Shown: positions 10,430-24,432, counted from the stretch's first letter. The stretch: 64,000 nucleotides of DNA from Scenedesmus sp. PABB004 (GCA_014905635.1 JABVCE010000009.1:868001-932000), one strand, 5' to 3'. Made by a program: numbers and translations. The notes: generated by a model not told the origin, from the sequence alone.

Positions 10430-13400
10430 TCAAAAGCGCTCGACAACCGCCTCGGCCTCCATCGCCCCACCGCTCGCCCCGCCGCTGCCCGCGTCGATCC
10501 GGCCCACCCGCATCACGGCGCGCGTGGGGCCCCACACCAGCCGCAGCGGCCCACCGCCCGCGCCGCCCTCGCCGCCGCCAGCCTCGCCCATGGCTGCGCC
10601 GCCGCTGCCGCCGGGCTGCTCCGCATCCGCACGCCGCCGGAAGACGGCGACCTGGGTGGCCGCGCCGACGCCGCTCTCGGGCCGCAGCGCGTCGCCCGGC
10701 GGCGCCGCGCCGTCGTCGGCCTCGCGCCCGCCCGCACCGCCGGCGCCGCAGGGCATCGCGGCGAGCGCCTCCTCCTCGCGAATCGCGCGACCGAGGCCCA
10801 GCACCTGCACACTGCAGCCGTGCCGCGCGGCCAGCTCCTCCGCCCAAGCGGCAAACTCGGCTCGGGTCCACTCGAAGCGGTGCCCCGCGTGGCGCAGCGG
10901 CGCGCCGTCGCGCCCCGGCGGGCCCGGCCACGCCGGCGCGGGGCCGCCGCCCGGCGGCGCGCACAGTTGCAGTACTGCGTTGTACTCCCAGTTGGGCGTG
11001 GTGAACACCGCGGCGCGCGGGCGCAGCCCGCCCAGCACGGCGTCGCCGAGGCGCGGCACGTCTGCAGGGTCGAGGTGCTCCAAAACCTCCAGGCATGCGG
11101 CAAGGTCGCATCCGGGCGGCGCGAGGCCGCGCGCCGCCCAGGGCCCCGGCGCCGCGAGCGCGGCCGCGGCGGCGTCGCCCTGCAGCAGCTCCAGCGTGCA
11201 CGCCCAGGCGTGGCCGGGCTCGCGCACCACCGACCCGCCCTGCGGCTGCGCCGCGCGCTGCTGCACCTCCGCGCCGCTGGGCGCCGCCGCGCGCGTCGGC
11301 GCCCGCGGCGGCAGCGCGGCGGGCCGGCGCTGGGGCGGCGCGCCGCTGTTGATGGACAGCTGGCGCAGCAGCGAGGAGGCCTGCCGGGCAGCACGGCGCG
11401 ATGCGGTGTGGTGGTGGTGCTGGGGAGGCGGGGGGGGGGGGAGGCAGCGCAGCGAGCGGTGCGCACCTGGATGTCGCCGCCAAGCGCCTCCGCACTTCCA
11501 GGCGCCGCCGCAGCAGCAGCCACCGCCGCCGTGCCCGCCAGCCAGGGCGCCGTCAGCGTGCTGCCCTCGCCCTCCAGCGCGGCCGCCGCCAGCGCCCCTG
11601 CCGAGCCGGACGGCGTGCCGCTCCCCCCACGGGACGCCGGCGCCGCCGCAGGACGCGCGTCGGCTGCCGCTGCCAGCTGCTCGTCCGCCCCCGCCGGCGC
11701 AGCGCCGACGGTCAGCCATTCGCTGCCCGCGGCCTGCAGCTTGCGCGCGGCGGCCGCGAGCGCGCTGGGCGACGCGTCGAGCCCGACGAGGCGGCGCAGG
11801 CGCGTGAAGCTCGCGCCGCCGCGCAGCAGGTGCCGCAGCAGCGCGCCCTCGCCGCAGCCGACGTCGACGATCGTCTCCGCCCCGAGCTCGCGCGCGAGCT
11901 CCGCGACCAGCTGCCGCCGCGCCACGCCGAGCGGCGGGTCGAAGAGCGCCTGGTGGCCCTGGCCGCCCGGCGTGCCGGCGACGGCGGCGCGCGGCGCGCG
12001 GAGCTCGAGCAGGTGCACCGCCAGCACGGCCGGCTGGGGCGCAAAGGTGCCGAGCGGGTCGGTGCCTGCCAGCGGCAGCGCCACGCTGCGGCGGCGGGGA
12101 GGGGCGCGCAGGTGAGAGAGTGGCCCTGCACGCGCCCCCGGCGCAGCGGCACGCCCGGCAGCGGGCACGCCGGCGGCGGCAGCGCTCAGCAGGCGGCGCG
12201 CGCGCTCACCGCGCCTGCGCCGCGCCGCCGGGGGTCAGGCCTGCGAGCAGCGCCTCCAGCTGCGGCACCGCCGCGCCGGCGCCGAGCAGCAGGCGGTGGC
12301 CGCGTAGGCTCTCGAGGCTGTGCGCGCCGGGCGCCCAGGGCCGGGCGCTGCCGCCGTCCGCGCTGGCGGGCGGGACGTACAGCTGTGCGTCGACCTGCGG
12401 ACAGCAGAGCAGCGCGGTGGGCAGAGTGGGTCTACACAAGGTGCAGAACGGAAAAAAGCACGGACCCGGGGGCGCAGCTCCTGGCCCCGGCCCCGTCAGC
12501 AGCCACACCATCAGCCCCAGGGGGCGCGCCGCCCCTCGCCCTCACCTTGGCGACGAGTCCGGCCGCGGGCGCCTGCCCGTCTGCCGCGTCGCCCGGCCAC
12601 AGCGCCTCGGGTTCGCCCAGCAGCGCGCCGTCGCCGGCGCCGGCCGCGGCGGCGTCACCCTCGCCAGCCTCCGCGCCGGCGCCCGCGAGCGCCGCGGCGT
12701 CGAGGCGCTGCAGGAGGTGGATCGCCGCGAGGGCGGCGCAGTTCTGCGCCTCGGCGGGGCTGCTGGCGGGGCCTGCGAGGAGCGGCGCCGCTGTCAGCGC
12801 GCCGCGCGGCACGGCCAGCGCCTGCCCGCCGGCGTCGCGTGCGCCCACGCACCCGAGTCGGCCGTCACGACCAGCTGCGGCTGCCAGCCGGGCGAGTCCA
12901 CCTGCTCAACCCATGCCCGCGCGGCGCCGGGCCCGGCGGCGGTCTCGCAGGCGGCACGCAGGCCCGCGGCGGCCGCGCCGAGGCCCCGCCTCGCCGCGAT
13001 GGCGGCGGCGGCGGCCATGGGCTGCACGCGCAGCCGCGCCGAGCAGTTGAACGCGCTCGCTGCCGGCTCCGCCGCGTCCGCCACGGCGAGCTGCCACTCG
13101 AGCCCGGCCGGGGCGGCGCCGGCGGCGGTGCCGGCCGAGCCCCCCGCCGCCGTGCCCACCGCCGCCGCGTCTGCCGCCGCGCCGCTTGCGGTCGCTGCCG
13201 CGGCGTCCAGGCTCGGCACAAACGGCGCCAGCGCGCCCACCCAGGCGGCGTGACGCGCCACATAGCGCTGCAGGAGCTGGACGGGTGCGTCGCCGCTCCA
13301 CGCGCCGGGCCTGCGGCGCCGCGGGCAGGCAGCAAGCACGCCTCGGTGTGTGCGCTGCACAGCCTGGTGCAGCCGGCACAGCCCGACGCCGCGCGCCAGC

Positions 13401-15982
13401 TCCCTCGCCTGTAAGCTCGCGGCAGGCGCGAGAGGCACGTCCCCAGCGCGCGAGACGTGTAGGCGCGTGCGGGGAAGGCGGCCGCCAGCCCCACCGACAG
13501 GCACGCGGCGCTGTAGGTGCGCCAGCGCACGACATGCAGCGTGGACTGCGCGGCACGGCGCGGCGCAGCGGGGGTGCGAGCGGTCAGCGCGCAGCCGCGC
13601 AGCCGTGCAGCCGCCGCGTGAGGCGCGCGCCGTGCCTCACCAGGCCGCGCGCGACGCCGCAGCCCGCGAGCAGTGCCGGGCCGTAGATCGCGCGGCCGGC
13701 GAGCCAGCTCGCGCGCAGGTTGAGCCCCGCCGCCTCCTGTGCCGCCGCGGTCTCATAGAAGCGGGAGTAGATGAAGGGCGGCGGCACGTCCACGTGGGCG
13801 CCGCCAGCGCTGCCGCCAGCGACGTCGGGCGGCAGCACGCTGCGCGGCGCCGACGTGGCCGCGCCGCCGGGCGCGCCGCGCGCTGCGGGCGGGCGCCGCG
13901 CCGCGGCCGGCGTCAGCGACCGGCCGTGCGTCGAGGCGGGCCGCGCCCCCTCCATCCCTCCCTGCCCGGCCGCTCACCCTCGGCCTCCGCGCCGGCCTCC
14001 CAGTCCATGGCCGCCGCACCGCCGCCGCCCTGCACCACAGTGACCACCGAGTTGACCGGCCCTGCTGCACCCTCCTCCTGCTGCTGCTGCTGCTGCTGCT
14101 GCTCGCCCTGCTGCCGCTGCCCCTCGGCGCCGTCGCGGTGGAGGCGCTTGAGCGCTGGCTGCTGCGGGCCAAACGACGCGGCGCGCGCCATGCCGGCGTC
14201 GCCGCCGCCGCCCGCTGAGCCCTGCCCTGGCGCCGCGCTGCCGCCGCCGCCGCCCTCCCGCTCGCCAGCGTCCTCGTGCTCGTGCGGGTGCTTGTGCGAC
14301 GCCGCGCTGCCCTGCCCCGCCGTGGGCGGCTGCGGGTGCGCCGCCGCCAGCGCGGCCCACTGCGCCTCGGCCGCGCGCCATTCCTCGCGCGGCAGCGCGC
14401 GGCTGCCCCGCGGCCCCAGCCGGCCCCACGCGACGAGCTCGCAGGCGCTGCCCAGCCCCAGCAGGCCGGCGAGTTGCTGCAGCAGGCCCGGCGCGGCGCC
14501 GGGCGGCGGCGGCGCACCCGCGCCGGCCACGCCAGCCGCCAAGCCGGGCGGCGCGAGCGGCGCGTGGAGGCGCAGCTCGCTCGGCGGCTGCTGGCAGTCA
14601 GCAGGGACCAGCACTGCCAGCGGTGCCGCGTCCCACACCTCGTGCCCCAGCGCGGCGGGCACGAGGTGGTGCAGGCTGTCGCGGCGCGCGCCGCCAGCGT
14701 GCAGCGTCTCGCGCCGCGCCAGGCCGAGCCCCCCGTGCACGAGCGACACACCTTGCGGCCGGCGGCGGCGGCGGCGGCGGTGGCGCGTGAGCTCCTCGCC
14801 GCCGCGCCCCCTCCAGCGGCGGCCCCGCGGCTGCACGAGCGCACGCGCGCGTGCACGCGCACGCGCGCGTGCGCGCGCGCGCGCGCGCTCCCACCAGCCA
14901 GCAGCTTGCCCGCCGCGCTCTGCGCCTGCAGCAGCGCCCGAATCGCTCTCATCGCCCCCAGCATGTCGCCGTCTGCCAGCGCGGCGCCCGCCCTGCTGGC
15001 GGGGGCCTCGGCCTCGGCCTCGCCGTCGGCGTCGGCCGCGACCGCCGCCGCCCACGAGTCGTCACCCTCCTCCTCCCCCTCCTCCCCCTGCCCCTCAGCG
15101 CGCCCCGCCGCGCGTGGCTCGCCGCTCTGCGCCCCCTGCTGCCGCCGCTGCTGCGCGAGCCAGCGGGCGAGGTGCCGGCTGTGCGCCAGCGCCGTGAGTG
15201 GCAGCACGACCGCGCCCGGCTCTGCCTCCACTGCGCCGGCGACGGGGTGCTGCTGCGCGTACGTCCACCAGGCACGCAGCTCGGGGTCGGTCAGGAGCCC
15301 CTGCGCGGACGCGCCGGGGCGCCGTGCCGCTTGGACGTGCCAGGGCGGGCAGGCTCGCGCGCTCGCGTGCAGCGAGCAGCGCCGCGGAGCAAGGCCCGGG
15401 CCCTGCCGCCAGGGCCCGGCGGCCGCCGCGAGCCCCGCCGAGCCGTCCCCGCACCTGGTTGGTGGTGCACGCGTCGACCACGCGCTCCGGCGGCGCCTGC
15501 GCGAGGCGCGCCTCCACCGCGCGCCAGAGCGGCTGCGCGCGCAGGTGCTCGAGCGCCGCCGCCGCGGCGTCGCGCTTGGCCTCCGCCTTGGACCGGCCCT
15601 CGCCCGTGAAGCTCAGCGCGGGCTGCGCCTCCGCGCCGTCGCGCAGCACGGGCGGCAGGCTCAGGCTCGCGACGAAGCGCGGCTCGGGCGCCTCGGCGGC
15701 GTCGGTGCAGGCGCTGACGACGTCGTAGGCGATGGCGGTCGGCGGGACGCCGACGCGCTGGTAGAAGGTCTGAAGCTCGCTGCGACGGCGGCGGCGGCGC
15801 GGCGCGGCGGGCGGGCGGGGCGGGGCGGCGGCGGCGGCGGCGCAGGGCGGCGCGTGCGGGTCGTGAACCGGAAACAGCGCACGCCCCCGCGCCCTCGGAG
15901 CGCCTGGCGCGCTGTCCGGGAAGCTTGGGGAGCGGCCCAGCCCCCGGCACCTGATGGGGTTGGCGCTGCTCGCCCCCGCCAT
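10430..15982 (-). CDS. HEN1: Small RNA 2'-O-methyltransferase HEN1, plant-type (N-terminal dsRBDs + C-terminal methyltransferase), multi-exon
   Basis: ANPIS/ELQTFYQ...GEGRSKAEAKRDAA (dsRBD). RASWLAGRAIYGPALL. ALFDPPLG..R, IVDVGCGEG, CLEVLEH, TTPNWEYN, RHAGHRFEWTRAEF (HEN1 methyltransferase motifs). Start codon inferred. Confidence 0.9.
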
Positions 15983-16676
15983 GACCGCGCCGCCCCGCTG
16001 GGCGCCAGGTGACAGCTGAGCGTGTCGGGCGGCGGGTGCGCGGAGGCACACGGCCGGAGACGGCCGCCGCGCCGCCGCGGCGCCGCTGCCGACGGGTGCG
16101 CGCCGCTGCTGCGTCGCCGCCAGCTGCCGGCGCAGGCCGCACGGCGGTGCGCCGGGTGAGGCGGCGCTGGCGTGCATCTGTGGAGCGGCAGAAGCGGGGC
16201 GGTCGCGCCGCCGGAGCGGTCTGCGCTGCGCGGGCCGCGCGCGCGCGACCGGTGGCGGCGCGGCGGAGCACACGCAGGCGCTGGTGCGCAGCCTGGACGG
16301 CCCCTGCCCGCAACCGGCCGCCGCCACCGGCGGCGGGCACGCCCGCGCGTTGGCCGCTCGACCGCCGAGGCGCGCACCGCCGCGCTGCGCGCGCGACACA
16401 TTGGCGCCCGACCGGCTCGGCACGCCCAAACGGCCCCCCGATCTCAGCGAGCGCGCACACAGGCCTCCGCTCCTGCCGCCGCCGCAGCGCGAGCGCGCCG
16501 GCAGCAGCAGCGAGTGCCGCAGCTCTGCCTAGACAGGCCCGCGCAGCTCGACGCGTCGGCGGCCGATCCGGGCGTGCTGCGCCGCCTGCGCGGCGCGCCT
16601 GTGCGGGCCGCGGGGCGCAGCGGGCGCGGCCAATGGGGCAGCACCGCGCGGGCTAGGTGCAGCGCTGGCGGCGATC

Positions 16677-17637
16677 ATGCGCCTGGCCGTCCCCAGCGGG
16701 CGCGGCTGCGGCCCTGGCCGCCGCGAGCCGGCGCGCAGCGTCGCCCGCGCGCCGGGCCGCCGGCCGACCGAAAGCAGCAGCAGCGGCCCGCACTCGCGGC
16801 CTGGGCCGCATTCGATCCGGCGCCTGGGCGCCACGGGCGCGGCTGATCAGCAGGTGCGTGCAGAAGCCACACCGGCGACGCGGCGGCGCTCGCGCGCGAC
16901 GCGCCGCGGCGTCGGCGGCCGCCGCTGCTGCGTCGCGGCCGCCGCGGCCGCTGGGCCGGGCGGCAGCGCCGCGCTGCGGCGAGCCGCGCCGGCCCACTCC
17001 GCCCGCCGCGCGACCGCCTCCGCCGCCGCAGGGCGACTTCGGGGGCGACAGCAGCCAAGCACGCAGCGCCGGCGATGGCGCCGCCGCTGACCGCCGCAGC
17101 AGCGGCGGCAGCAGCGGCGGCGGCAGCAGCAGCAGCAGCAGCGGCAGCAGCAGCGCCCGTGACGCCTCGGCGGCGGCGGCGGCGGCGGCGCTGCCGCGCG
17201 AGGTCATGGCGGCGATGGCGCTCTCGCCGTTTGCCGCGCTCGCGCTGCCGCTCGCGACCGACCCCGGCTGGCGCGAGGGCGCGGCGGGCTTCGGCGACCG
17301 CCTGCGCTGCGCGCTGCAGGACCGCGCCTTCTCGGACGGCTTCCAGCAGCGCTGGGCGGCGGTGAGCGCTCCGCGCCGCGCCGCGCCGCGCCGCGCAGCG
17401 CCCGCAGCGCGCCCGCTGCCGTCCCGCTCACCGCGCCGCCGCCGCTCAACCACCACCACCAACAGCTGCAGGACGGCCTGACCTACATGGAGTGGGCGTG
17501 GCCCGCGACGGGGCTCGACCTCGCCGCGGTGTGGGACCCGGAGCTGTGGCTCACGTTCAAGCGCTCCGTGGTGTGGAACGAGCCCGAGGCGTTCTGGAAC
17601 AAGCTCTGGGACCGCATCAGCTACCGTGAGCGCCCGC

Positions 17638-17697
<60 letters not shown>

Positions 17698-20600
17698 CGC
17701 CCGCGGCGGCGGCGGCGCGCGCGGCGGGCGGCCGAGCCGTCGCCGCGCCGCCGCGCCGCCGCGCCGCGCGCCGCGCAGGGAGCAAGGTCCCATCGGCGGG
17801 CTTTGTCGGCGACATGCGGCTGAGCTACGCCAAGTTTCTGCAGCTCCTGCACGGCAACCGGGTCAAGCGGCTCATCGTGTATGGCGACATGAAGACCGCG
17901 ATCGTGGAGGTGCGCGGCGCGCAGCGCATTGCGCGGCGCGCATTGCACTGCATTGCGCGCATTGCATTGTGCGCACACCGTGCGCACGCGCGGCCGGCCG
18001 CGCGTCACCGCCGCCGCCGCCCCGCGCCCGCGCGCCGCCCGCGGGGCGCAGGTGCCGCACCCCTGGACGACCAGCATGGCCGGCGCGCCGGGGCAGTACG
18101 GGCAGTACGCCGGCGCCGACGGGCGCCCGCTGGGCGTGCTCATCCCCAACCCTGCTGCGCCGCACGACCCCAGGCGCGCCGCGCCGCGCCGCGCCGCGCT
18201 TGACGCCCCGCCGCGGCGGCGCGCCGGACACCCTGCAGCGCCCGCCGCGCGCCGACGCGCGCCGCTCCGCCGCGCCGCCGCCGCCGCCGCGGCGCAGCCA
18301 GTGGTTCAGCCCGGAGCTGCCCGAGTGGGACATGGAGAAGTATCGCTTCTACGTTGACCTCCCGGGAGACTTTTGGGAGAGCGGCACGCTGCTGGCGTAC
18401 CTGCGCGGGCGCGAGGTCCAGGTGCGGGCCGCGGCGCGCGGCGGCGCGCGGCGGCGCGCTGCCCGGCGGAGGCCAGCAGAGGGCGGCGGGGGAGGAGGAG
18501 CAGGAGGAGGAAAGCAGCAGCGGCCGAGGGAGGGGCCATGGGGCCCGCTCCCGGGGGGGGGGGGGGCGACGCCTGCTGGCGGCGGCGGCGGGTGCGCGCC
18601 CACGGCGCGCCCACGCCTGCCCCTCCCCTCCCTCCCTGCGCCGCCGTCTGCCAGGTGGTGTGGGACGACGCGGCGCGGCAGTACGTGCTGCCCTACTCGG
18701 CGCTGACCAAGCTCGGCGAGGTGCGCACCGAGGTGCAGGTGCTCGACCCCGCTGACAACTGGGCCTTCCTCGGCTGGCTGCTGGACGAGCGGCGCATGCA
18801 GGTGCGCGTGTGCGCGCGCGGACAAGGGGCGAGCGCGCGGGCGGGCGGGCGCGGCCCCGGCCCCGGCCCGCGCGCGGCGGCGCCACCTGCAGGCCCGTCG
18901 TCACTGCCAACGGCGACGGGACCCGCAAGCGGCGCCGCCGCGCGCCGGGCGCCGCCGCGCGCCGGGCGCCGCCGCGCGGGCCTCCCCGCCGCGCGCGCGC
19001 GCCCTCGCCCGCGCCGCTGCCGCGCGGCGCCCCGCCGCCCGCGACCCAGCGCCCGCAGCCCAGCGCCCGCCCGCCCCCGCCCGCCCGCCCCCGCGCCCGC
19101 GCCGTGAACCCCAGTTCCTGGAGAAGGCCGCCGCGGTGTGCCTGGCCATCCGGGGCGTGGCGATCCTGACCAACATCATCTCCGCCACCTCGCTCGTGCG
19201 CTTCCTGCGCAAGCGGCGCCGCGCTAAGGACAAGAAGCAAAACATGTGGCAGCGCCTCACGCGCGCGCCGTGAGCGCGGCGCCGCGCCGCGGCGGCGCGC
19301 GGCGCGCGCACGCGCGGCGCCCTCAGCAGCCCCGCCGCGCTGCCGCCACGAGGGGCACCCGCCGCACGCGCCACGCGCGCGCTCACGCCCACGCACACGC
19401 TCCGCTCACGCCTCCCCGCGCAGGGCCAAGGAGTTTATGACGCGGGACAAGAGCGGCAAGCTCAAGGACACGGGCGTCCGCTTCGAAGACATCGCCGGTG
19501 CGCACCGCCTGGCGCCGCCAGCCCGCCAGCCCGCCCCGCCCGCCCGCCAGCCCGGCCGGCCCCTGCTCGCCGGCCCGGGAGCGGCGCGCCCGCCGCCGCC
19601 GCGCCGCACCCGCCGCGCGCCGCCGCTGCGCGCAGGCACGCCCGGCCTGGTGTTTGAGATGCGGGAGGTCGTGAAGATGCTGCTGCGCGACCCCGCCTAC
19701 GTCCGCGTCGGCGCGCGCTGCCCGCGGGTGCGCGCGCTGCGGGCGCGGCCGCGGGCGCAGCCGCCGGGCGGGGCCGAACGGCGGACGTCAAAACACAACG
19801 AGCGAGTCGCACGACTCCGCACAACCCTGACGATCGCCCCGCCGCCGCCTCGTGTGTGTGCGTGTGTGCGCGCGCACATGCAGGGCATCATCTTCCAGGG
19901 CCCCCCCGGCACGGGCAAGACCTACCTCGCGCGCGCGATCGCGGGCGAGGCGGGCGTCACGTTCCTGTCGGCGGTCGGGTCGGAGTTCGTCGAGATGTTT
20001 GCCGGTGCGCCACCGCCGCGCGCGCGCCGTGCCCCACCCCTCCATCCCACGCCGCCCGCGCCCGCCCTCCCGCCCTCCCTGCCGCCGCGCCCGCCTCCCT
20101 CCGTCTTGCACGCCCACCCGCGCGCCCACGCACCCGCCGGCGCCCCGCGCGCCGTACCGCCGCGCAGGCGTCGCGGCGGCGCGCGTGAACAGCCTGTTCC
20201 ACGCCGCGCGCCAGAAGGCACCGTGCATCATCTTCATCGACGAGGTCGACGCGATCGGGCGCTCGCGCAGCACCCTCGGCGGCGACCCCGGGTCGATGGA
20301 GCGCGAGAGCGCGCTGCTCAGCCTGCTGGTGCAAATGGACGGCATACACGGCCACCTCGAGCAGGCGCGGCGCCCGCTGCTGAGCGGGCGCCGGGCGCGG
20401 GCCCGCGCCGCGCGCGCGAGCACGGGACCCTGGCGCCAGCCAGCGCGAAGCGGCGCGCCGCGGCACCGCGTGCGGCGGCGCCCGCCGACGCCGCTGCGCC
20501 GCCGCGCCGCCGCGCCACTGCGCCCGCCAGGTGCTGACCATCGGCGCGACCAACCTCGCCCAGGAGCTCGACCAGGCGCTGCTGCGCCCGGGGCGCTTTG

Positions 20601-23600
20601 AGGTGCGGCGGCGCCGCCCGCGCCCCCCGCCCGCGGCGCTCCCAACCAACGCCCAGCAGCGCTCGCGCGGCCTTCCGGGCGCCCCGCCCCTAAACCCTCT
20701 CTGCCGACTGCCCTCCAAAACCGCTCCGCCAGGTGGTGTACGAGATCCCCAGCCCCGGCCCGACCGCGCGGCTGGAGATGCTGAAGTACCACGGCCGCAA
20801 CAAGCCGGTCGAGGACGACAGCCTCTACTACAAGGTGCGTCACTTTTCTGTTACTGCGCTGTTACTGGGTCGTCATTGTGCAAAGCGCTGGCTGTTGCTG
20901 CAGTTTACACGTCAGCGCGCGCTGCGCGGGGGCGGCGCGGACGGGGCGCCGCCGCGACCGCCCGGCGCGCCGCCGCGCCGCGCAGGTGGCCGAGGTGACC
21001 GCGGGCTGGAGCGCCGCGGCGCTGGCCAACCTGATGAACGAGGCGGCCATCCTCACGGTGCGGCGCAGCGTGCCCAAGATCACGCTGCCGATGGTGCTGG
21101 AGCTCGTGGAGGCGCAGGAGTGGGGCCCGAGCGCGCCGCGGCTGCCGCCGAGCGCGGCCAAGGAGCGGCTCGCGGGCGTGACGGCGGCCAAGGCGGTCGC
21201 GCTCGCGCTCACGCCCGGCATCGACCCCATCAAGGTGCGCCTTGGTCGTTTGTCTTGTCTTATATATATAGCATGCCCCGGTCATTGAAACAGCATTTAG
21301 CTGTGCTTTGACTGCTTTGACTGATGCTGCCGCACCGTGCGTGCTCCGTCTCGTCTCCCTCGGCGTCCGCGCGCCCGCGCGGCGCGCCGCGCGGCGCGCC
21401 GCCCCCTTTCCTGACGCGCGCCGCGCCCGCCGCGCGCGCAGTTTGTGACGCTGTGGAGCCGGCGGCGGGGGCAGGGGCCGTACGTTCAGTTCATCGACTC
21501 GACCGAGAACCTCGACCCCGCGTGGCACCCGGAGCAGATTGAGATCATGGACCGCGCCACCAACTTCAAGGCGCGTCAGGAACCTCAGCCCCGCCGCGCC
21601 GCAGTGTGCACTGCGGCACGCACCGCGGCGCGCGCGCGCCCGGCCTGTGCCGCGGCCGCGCGGGCGCGCCGCCGACGGCCCGCGCCGCCCGCGCCGGCAC
21701 GCGCGTGCGCAGGTCAACGCGGCGGCCGTGGGCGACGAGCCGCTCGGCGAGTTCCTGCACGTCGCGGGGCTGCTCGTCCCGCTGTACGCGCCGCGCGCGT
21801 GGGAGGTCGCGCAGCACGGCCCCGGCGGCGCGAGCCTCGCGACCGCGGCGCCGATCGCCGACTGCTTCCAGATCGCATATTACTGCGTGCGAAACTCCAT
21901 GCTGCACCCGCGGTGCGCGGGAGGGCCGCGCCGCCGCCGACGGCCGCCGCGGCCCCCGCCCGCGCGCGCGCGCCGCGCCGCCCGCGCGCGCCCTTCCGCG
22001 CGGGCCCGGCGCTGCAGGCACGGCGGCGCTCGCCCACGGTGCGCGCCCCGCGGGCCCGCAGGTTCCGGCGGCTGCCGCCGCTGCACACGTACCTCATGCT
22101 GGGCAACGGCCCTGGCTGGGCCAACGCGCGCGACCCGCTCGCCATTGGCCTCGATGAGGAGCTCGGGTGCGCCGCCGCGCGGGCGCGCACGCGCGCTTGC
22201 GCGTGGGCGGGCGGCCGCCGCGCCGGCGCCGCGGCGCGCGCCGGCGCGGCGCCCGCGTGCGCGCAGCCTGAACCACCCCGCCCCGCCCCGCCCCGCCCCG
22301 CGCCCGTGGTCCATGTGCCCTGCCTCGCCCGGTGCCACCGCGACCGCGCCCACAGCTACCACGCGCTGACACTGACGCTGCTCAAGGCGGCGTGGCGGCG
22401 CGCGCAGGCGCTCGTCGCGGAGCGCGCGGCCGCGATCCAGGCGGCCGCCGACGCGCTGCTGGCGGCGGAGGACGAAAAGCTCGAGGGCGCCGCGCTGGTG
22501 GAGATCATAGAGGTGCGGCGGGGCGCGGGCTGCGCACAGCTGCGTGCGGCTGCAAACGTGTGCTGGCGTGCGTTGGCGTGCGGGCGCCGGCGTCGCCTGC
22601 GGCGCCGCGCGCCCCGAGCCCCCCGCCGCCGCGCCGCCGCCGCCGCCGCCCCAGTCCACGCCCAAGGCGCCGAGCGGCGTGGCCATCGAGTGCGACTTCC
22701 TGCCCATTGTGAAGGAGGTGCTCGGCCGCGTGCCGGCCGCCCTCGCACAGCAGGCCGCCGCGCTGGACGAGGCCGACCGCGCAGCGCTCGCGGCGGCCGA
22801 GGCCGCGGCGTCGGCCGCGGCCGCGGCGCCGCCGGCGGCTGCAGCGGCAGCGGCCGGCGGCTCGCCGCGCGGCGGCGGCGGCAGCGGTGGCGCGGCCGCG
22901 AGCTTCCGCGCCGGCGGCGGCGCGGGCGCGAGCGGCGAGGCGAGCTTCCGGTCGCGCGGCGCGGCCGCACCGCCGCCGCCGGCCGTGGGCGACGCGGCGC
23001 CGCCGCCGCTGCCGCCGCCGCCGGGCGGCGAGTTCCTGCCCGGCGTGCCGCGCCCGCTCGCGGCCGCGGTCGAGGCGGCGCTGAAGCTCGACGACGCGGC
23101 GCTGGCGGACGTGAGCCGCGCGATCATGGGCCGCCTGGACATCGCCGACCTGGTCGGCCGCAACACCGCGGAGGAGGTCGCCGAGCGGGTGGGTGCGGCG
23201 ACGGGCGCGGCCGCGGCGGCAGCAGCGGCAGTGGCACGGCGCGCGGGCCCCTGCGCGCCTGGCGCTCGCTGCGCCCCGCGCGCGCGCACTGCGGAGGAGG
23301 CGCCGACGCGCCGCGTGCGACGCGCGCGCCGGGCGGCCCGCCGCGCCGCGCCGCAGGTCGTCGAGGCGCTGCTCGACCCCGCGACCGTGTCGCGGCTGCG
23401 CGCGGTGCGGCGGTACGTGGAGGGCGGCCCCGACGCGCCCTTCCCGCCCGCGCCGCTCCCGAGCGACCTGCCCGTTCCCCTCTACGGCTACACGCGCGAG
23501 CAGGCGCGCGCGCGGCGCCGCCCCGCGCGCTGCGGCGGCGCGCGGCACGCCGGCTTGCGCGAGCGCGCGTCCCGCACACTGCCCGCCGCCGACCACCGCC

Positions 23601-23855
23601 GCTGCGCAGGCGCTCGAGGCGTGGAAGACGCGGTCGATCAGCAGCATCGGCCACCGCGCGCTGGACATGCTCTACACGCAGCGCCAGGTCGCGGCGTACC
23701 TGCAGGACGCTGACCTGCCGTGGTGGGTGGACACGCAGGCGGGGCGCGAGGCGGCGGCGGCGGCGGCGGCGGCCGAGGCCGGCGGCGGCGCGGGCGCGCG
23801 CGCCGGCGCAGCGGGCGGCGGCGGCGAGGGCGGCGAGGGGGGCGAGGGGCCGTGA
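16677..23855 (+). CDS. Chloroplast FtsH-like AAA+ ATPase lacking HExxH (FtsHi2/FtsHi4-like), many exons
   Basis: Transit-peptide-like N-terminus. [28 protein letters not shown] (Walker A), [11 protein letters not shown] (Walker B), [15 protein letters not shown]. The zinc-binding position reads [12 protein letters not shown]. Confidence 0.88.
17639..17696. repeat. (GCGCGG)n hexamer microsatellite in an FtsHi intron
   Basis: About 9 tandem gcgcgg units. Confidence 0.85.
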
Positions 23856-24432
23856 TGCTCCCCGGCCGCGCGGGCGGCGCCCGGACGCAGGCGGGCGGGC
23901 GCCTCGACCCTTGCAACCCGCGCTGCCGCTGCTGCCCTGGGGCGCGCGCCGCGCCCCCGCTGCCGCACTAGTTTCTCGCTCGCTGCTGGCGCCTAGCCGC
24001 GGCCCGATCGGAGCGCTGCGCGGCGCCGGGCGAGCGCAGAGCGCTGCCGCCTCGGAAAGGCTAGCCTCCGAGGCAGGGGCGGCCTCCCTAGCGGTCGGGC
24101 GGCTGTCTGCACCATGGCGCACGCCGGGCGCGCTTGAGGTGCGCAGCCGCGGCCGTGCGGCGGACGGCATGCCCCCGCGACATGGGCGCTGCGCGGGGGC
24201 GCCCAGAGCGCGCTGGCGGGCGCCGGCGGGCGGGTTCCGTCCCCCGGGCCACGCCCGCAGCCCTGCGCAGCGGCGGGCAGCGGCGGGCTGGCCCGGGCGG
24301 CGCCGCACGGCGGCGGCGGGCCATTTTTTTTGCCGCCGCTGCTGCGGCTGCCGCCGCCGCTCACTCCGCACCGCGCGCGCGCCGCCCCATCCCCGCCCGC
24401 CGCCGCCGCTCGCGCGCCCGCAGTCAGCGACC

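Noticed and set aside
15983..16430. Additional upstream HEN1 exons (MHASAAS...)
   Set aside because: The ATG at 15982 already gives a complete dsRBD start, and I found no support for an extension.
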